From assembly GCF_021028975.2 (NCBI RefSeq), contig NC_059437.1, positions 32,798,001 to 32,862,000 on the forward strand: a stretch of DNA of 64,000 nucleotides. The letters are read 5' to 3'. Positions 60,894 to 64,000 of this stretch are shown here, one piece after another. The position numbers and the translations under genes are program-made. Numbering within the stretch: position 1 is the first letter of the stretch; the number at the start of each line of letters is the position of its first letter. This stretch comes from Sphaerodactylus townsendi. Its lineage: Eukaryota. The notes beneath the pieces are model-generated. The model had not been told where the DNA came from, did not search any database, and saw only the letters and a list, made by a program, of their open reading frames with translations.

Positions 60894-61188
60894 AGGGTTG
60901 CCAACTCCAGATTGGGAAATTGCTGGCAATTTTGGGGTGGAAGGGCAAGGTTAGGGAGTGGTGGGACCTCTATAGGAGATAATGCAGGGGTGTCCACTTC
61001 TGGTGCCCCAGATGTTCATGGACTATGATTCCCATCAGCCCCTGCCAGCATGGCCAATTGGACACCCCTGGGATAATGGAAACAGCCCACCCTCCAGTGC
61101 TTCCATTTTCTCCAGGAAAACTGGCCTGTAATCTGGAGATGATTTGTAAACCCAAAAGATCTTCATGCCCCACCTGGAGTTTGGCAAC
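60894..61188. mobile_element. AGGGTTGCCA-type MITE with a nested, internally deleted hAT MITE (60985-61070)
   Basis: Outer TIRs AGGGTTGCCAACTCCAG / CTGGAGTTTGGCAAC; inner CAGGGGTGTCC...GGACACCCCTG with TSD AGATAATG/GGATAATG. Confidence 0.75.
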
Positions 61189-61643
61189 AGTAAACATAAA
61201 ACAGTAACCAAGTGGATTCTTCAGCATGTACAATATTTAAAATATTTTTTTAAAAAAACAGGTAACTTTAGCGAGAAATACAAACTTTTTGAAGTCTTGT
61301 TTTTGTATCCTGTGGATTTAATCTGTTTCGGCCTTGAACACAGTTTTTAAAAATGCAACTGTAAAACTTACCTTTAGACCTGTACGAGGCTGTTACTGAT
61401 AGGATGTTTTGGAGGTCATTTATTCTTAAGGTTGCCATAAGTCAGAAAGGACTTGATGGCACTTAACATGCACGCAAATATGCTTGAGTTACACACACTG
61501 GCCATTTGAGGTCTCTTCTTCATGAAGTACATTCACTGATCAGTAGACTCTGAAAGGCACTTTTCAAGGTGAGACACCAAGGAGTCTGGTGGCACTTGAA
61601 TGGAGATTTCAGTGCAATCCTAACCAGAGTTACTCCCTTCTAA

Positions 61644-61791
61644 GGCCCCTTCCACACATGCAGAATAATGCAATTTCGATCCACTTTCAATGCACTTTGC
61701 AGCTGTGTGGAATAGCAAAATCCACTTGCAAGTTGCAACCAATTGTGAAAGTGGATTGAAAGTGCATTATTCTGCATGTGCGGAAGGGGCC
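61644..61791. mobile_element. palindromic MITE, PIF/Harbinger-like
   Basis: GGCCCCTTCCACACATGCAG...CTGCATGTGCGGAAGGGGCC. Confidence 0.8.
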
Positions 61792-62126
61792 AATGAGCTT
61801 AGAAGCATGTCTGCTTCCATAGGCTAGCTAGACTGATCCTGTTTCCTAGATTTTGTTTCATGCACCTGAGAAAATAGGCTCCCATCCAAAAAAACTTCTG
61901 CCACAACAAGACTCCTGAACGGTTCTACTGCCACAGGCTCCCTCTGGCACTTTTTAGCCTGTGATGCCAAGCACAAGTGCAATGGCTTTTAGCGAGGCTT
62001 ACTTTTGAGTGAACATGCTTAGGATTGTATTGCCTATGTGGAAACAGTTTTACAGCTCAGACTCAAAGGCTGCTTGGCTGATAAACTTGTTATTCCTTAC
62101 AGTGCAAGTCACAAATGGGCACTAAG

Positions 62127-62140
62127 GTGCCACCTAGCGG
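62127..62140 (-). promoter_or_regulatory. candidate CTCF site
   Basis: Minus strand CCGCTAGGTGGCAC. Confidence 0.5.
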
Positions 62141-62890
62141 CTACTTATATTAAGCCCTTCAGCAGATATTAGGACTCAAGTTTGCGTGTTTCTTTCTACA
62201 AGCCACCACTTTCATGGGCTAAGAAGTCCAGGCTGTGTAGATGTCTTTGGAGCTCCCAGAGCAATCTTGGCTGATCAGAGATATGCCTCGTTTTCAGAAG
62301 TGTCTTTAACAAGGACTTCATTATTTTATACTTGGTTAATCCAAATAGGAGGTATTGCATGGCTTTTGTATTGTGATTTTGCAATGGAAACTGCAACATC
62401 GAAAAGCAGCAACTGTGTTATCCCAGAGCATGACACAAACACTGCATTCCTGACTCAGTGGAGGTGCCAACAGCTTATACGTTTCATCTTTTACAGATGC
62501 TGATTTGATTCACTGTCTCATGTCATCCTGCATTAGATTTAATGTTTATTCTACTCTGTTGTTTTTTGTTGGAAGCATCTCACACCTATTTTAGGTGAAC
62601 GAATGCCTCTTTTCATTGGATTTACTTTGATTGGATCTTGCTTCATAGCAGCCTTTCTTTGTAGCATCTCCTCCACCCCTTCTTTTGTGTATTTATCCCA
62701 GGCTGATGGATATCAATTTCTAACCATTCGAGGCAGTGAGCTCTGACTCACCAAAACACATGCTGAAATAAATTGTTTATGCAACCAGATTCCTGTGTAA
62801 TTTTGTTATGACCAGTTTCTCTAGTTTTGAAATGGTTTAACTTTAAACAAAGACAAGGCATTTCTCGCACACCACAGCAGGAGTCCCCAG

Positions 62891-63027
62891 CAGTGGTAGG
62901 ATTCAAATAATTTAACAACCGGTTCTGAAAGGACTCAGTGGTGGGATTACAACCATTCTCTGAACTAGACAAAAAATTAGCTACCAGTTCTACCGAATAG
63001 GTGCGAATAGGCTGAATCCCACCACTG
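62891..63027. mobile_element. short hAT element related to 4070-4592
   Basis: TIRs CAGTGGTAGGATTC / GAATCCCACCACTG; exact TSD GTCCCCAG. Confidence 0.85.
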
Positions 63028-63519
63028 GTCCCCAGTCTTTCTGAGCATGCTGCACAAAATTATCACACAAGGTGCTGAGGGCAACCACAAAATGGCTGCT
63101 GCAGGAGGTGGAGCCAACAAAAAATATCAGGGAGCGAGGTAGTGCATATTTCTAATAAAGTCTCTTCAACATTTCAGACAGAATTGATGCAACCATGTGG
63201 GTGAATGCTTCAGATAGGATGCTCTTCAAATGAACACATTGCTTAAAATATTTTCTTGCATACACGCAGCTTACTTTCAGTCATTTTCTGTATAATTTCA
63301 TAAGAACTTTTAATAAGACAAACAAAAACAACAAGTAGAAGTATACACACAAACACTATACTATAAAGGGGGAAAAGGAGGGCTCCTGATTTCTTCTGCA
63401 CTACTAGAACACGGCCCGGAAACCACACAAAACCCCAAATAAACTTCTGTTTAATCCATTTACACAACAGGGACGTCATTTTTGGAGGGTTTTGTGACAA
63501 ACTAAATAAGCAGTGAAAA

Positions 63520-64000
63520 CAAACTCGACACAGCCTTTCTAACAATTGCTTCCTCTCACTTCCCGGACCCTCTTTTTCTCCTCCCTTCGACACCACCGAG
63601 CAAAGTGCTCTTAACGCTTTGATTTCCATCTCACTCACCGGCGACTTAGAGCACCTCCGCCAGGGGGCGCGCGCGGACCCCCCAGGGCGCGTCACTCCCG
63701 GTCTTAAAAACTAACAACCCTAAAGAGTAAACTTCCGAAGAAGAACCCTTCGTGGGTCCTGGCAGATCAATAACACAGAAGGATGTAAGAATGCCGATCC
63801 GGCCCCTCACGCGTTCAGGAATCGCCTCGCTCCAAGGCGGATGTGAGTTTGTTTTGCCGGGCAAAGGAACCTTTTTTTTTCTTGCAAAAGAGTCGTTCGC
63901 TATGGAGCTGCTAGGACTGCCCAAGATACTTTGTTAACCCTTTCACGCCCGGGTTGCGGAGAAACGCGTTCCCTGTGTAAGACAAGCGGGTCGGGGGGCG
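63520..64000. promoter_or_regulatory. CpG island / promoter of an unidentified gene at the right edge, with a CTCF motif at 63657-63670
   Basis: CpG enrichment; CCGCCAGGGGGCGC; ETS-like ACTTCC motifs. Confidence 0.6.

Noticed and set aside
62186-62503. 105-aa ORF and exon-like stretches at about 56450 and 57090 as an additional gene (e.g. a UQCRQ paralogue)
   Set aside because: No recognisable similarity and no consistent exon chain.

Overview
Vertebrate genomic DNA, almost certainly a squamate and probably a gecko, judging from Squam3-like SINEs with (CTT)n tails and squamate-type MITEs. Three protein-coding genes can be reconstructed with frame-consistent splice sites. (1) SHROOM4 on the minus strand: 11 coding exons, 39876->12891, about 1507 aa, N-terminal PDZ and C-terminal ASD2. 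The model includes one GC-AG intron and two exons that appear absent from human SHROOM4. (2) BMP15 on the plus strand: 2 exons, 48263-51148, 418 aa, head-to-head with SHROOM4. (3) A small 3-exon gene that the ORF track does not assemble (57483-59242, +, 105 aa), encoding a complete LEAP2-family prepropeptide: signal peptide, RRTKR convertase site and a 40-aa mature peptide with Cys at 17/23/28/33. SHROOM4-BMP15-LEAP2-like mirrors the human SHROOM1-GDF9-UQCRQ-LEAP2 block, which suggests a retained LEAP2 paralogue that mammals lack at this locus. This is the main discovery candidate. The rest is introns and intergenic DNA with SINEs, hAT and Harbinger-like MITEs, a SPIN element, Penelope-like fragments with decayed hammerhead cores and LINE relics. 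CpG islands lie at both window ends. All homology calls rest on recalled family sequences, not on database searches.
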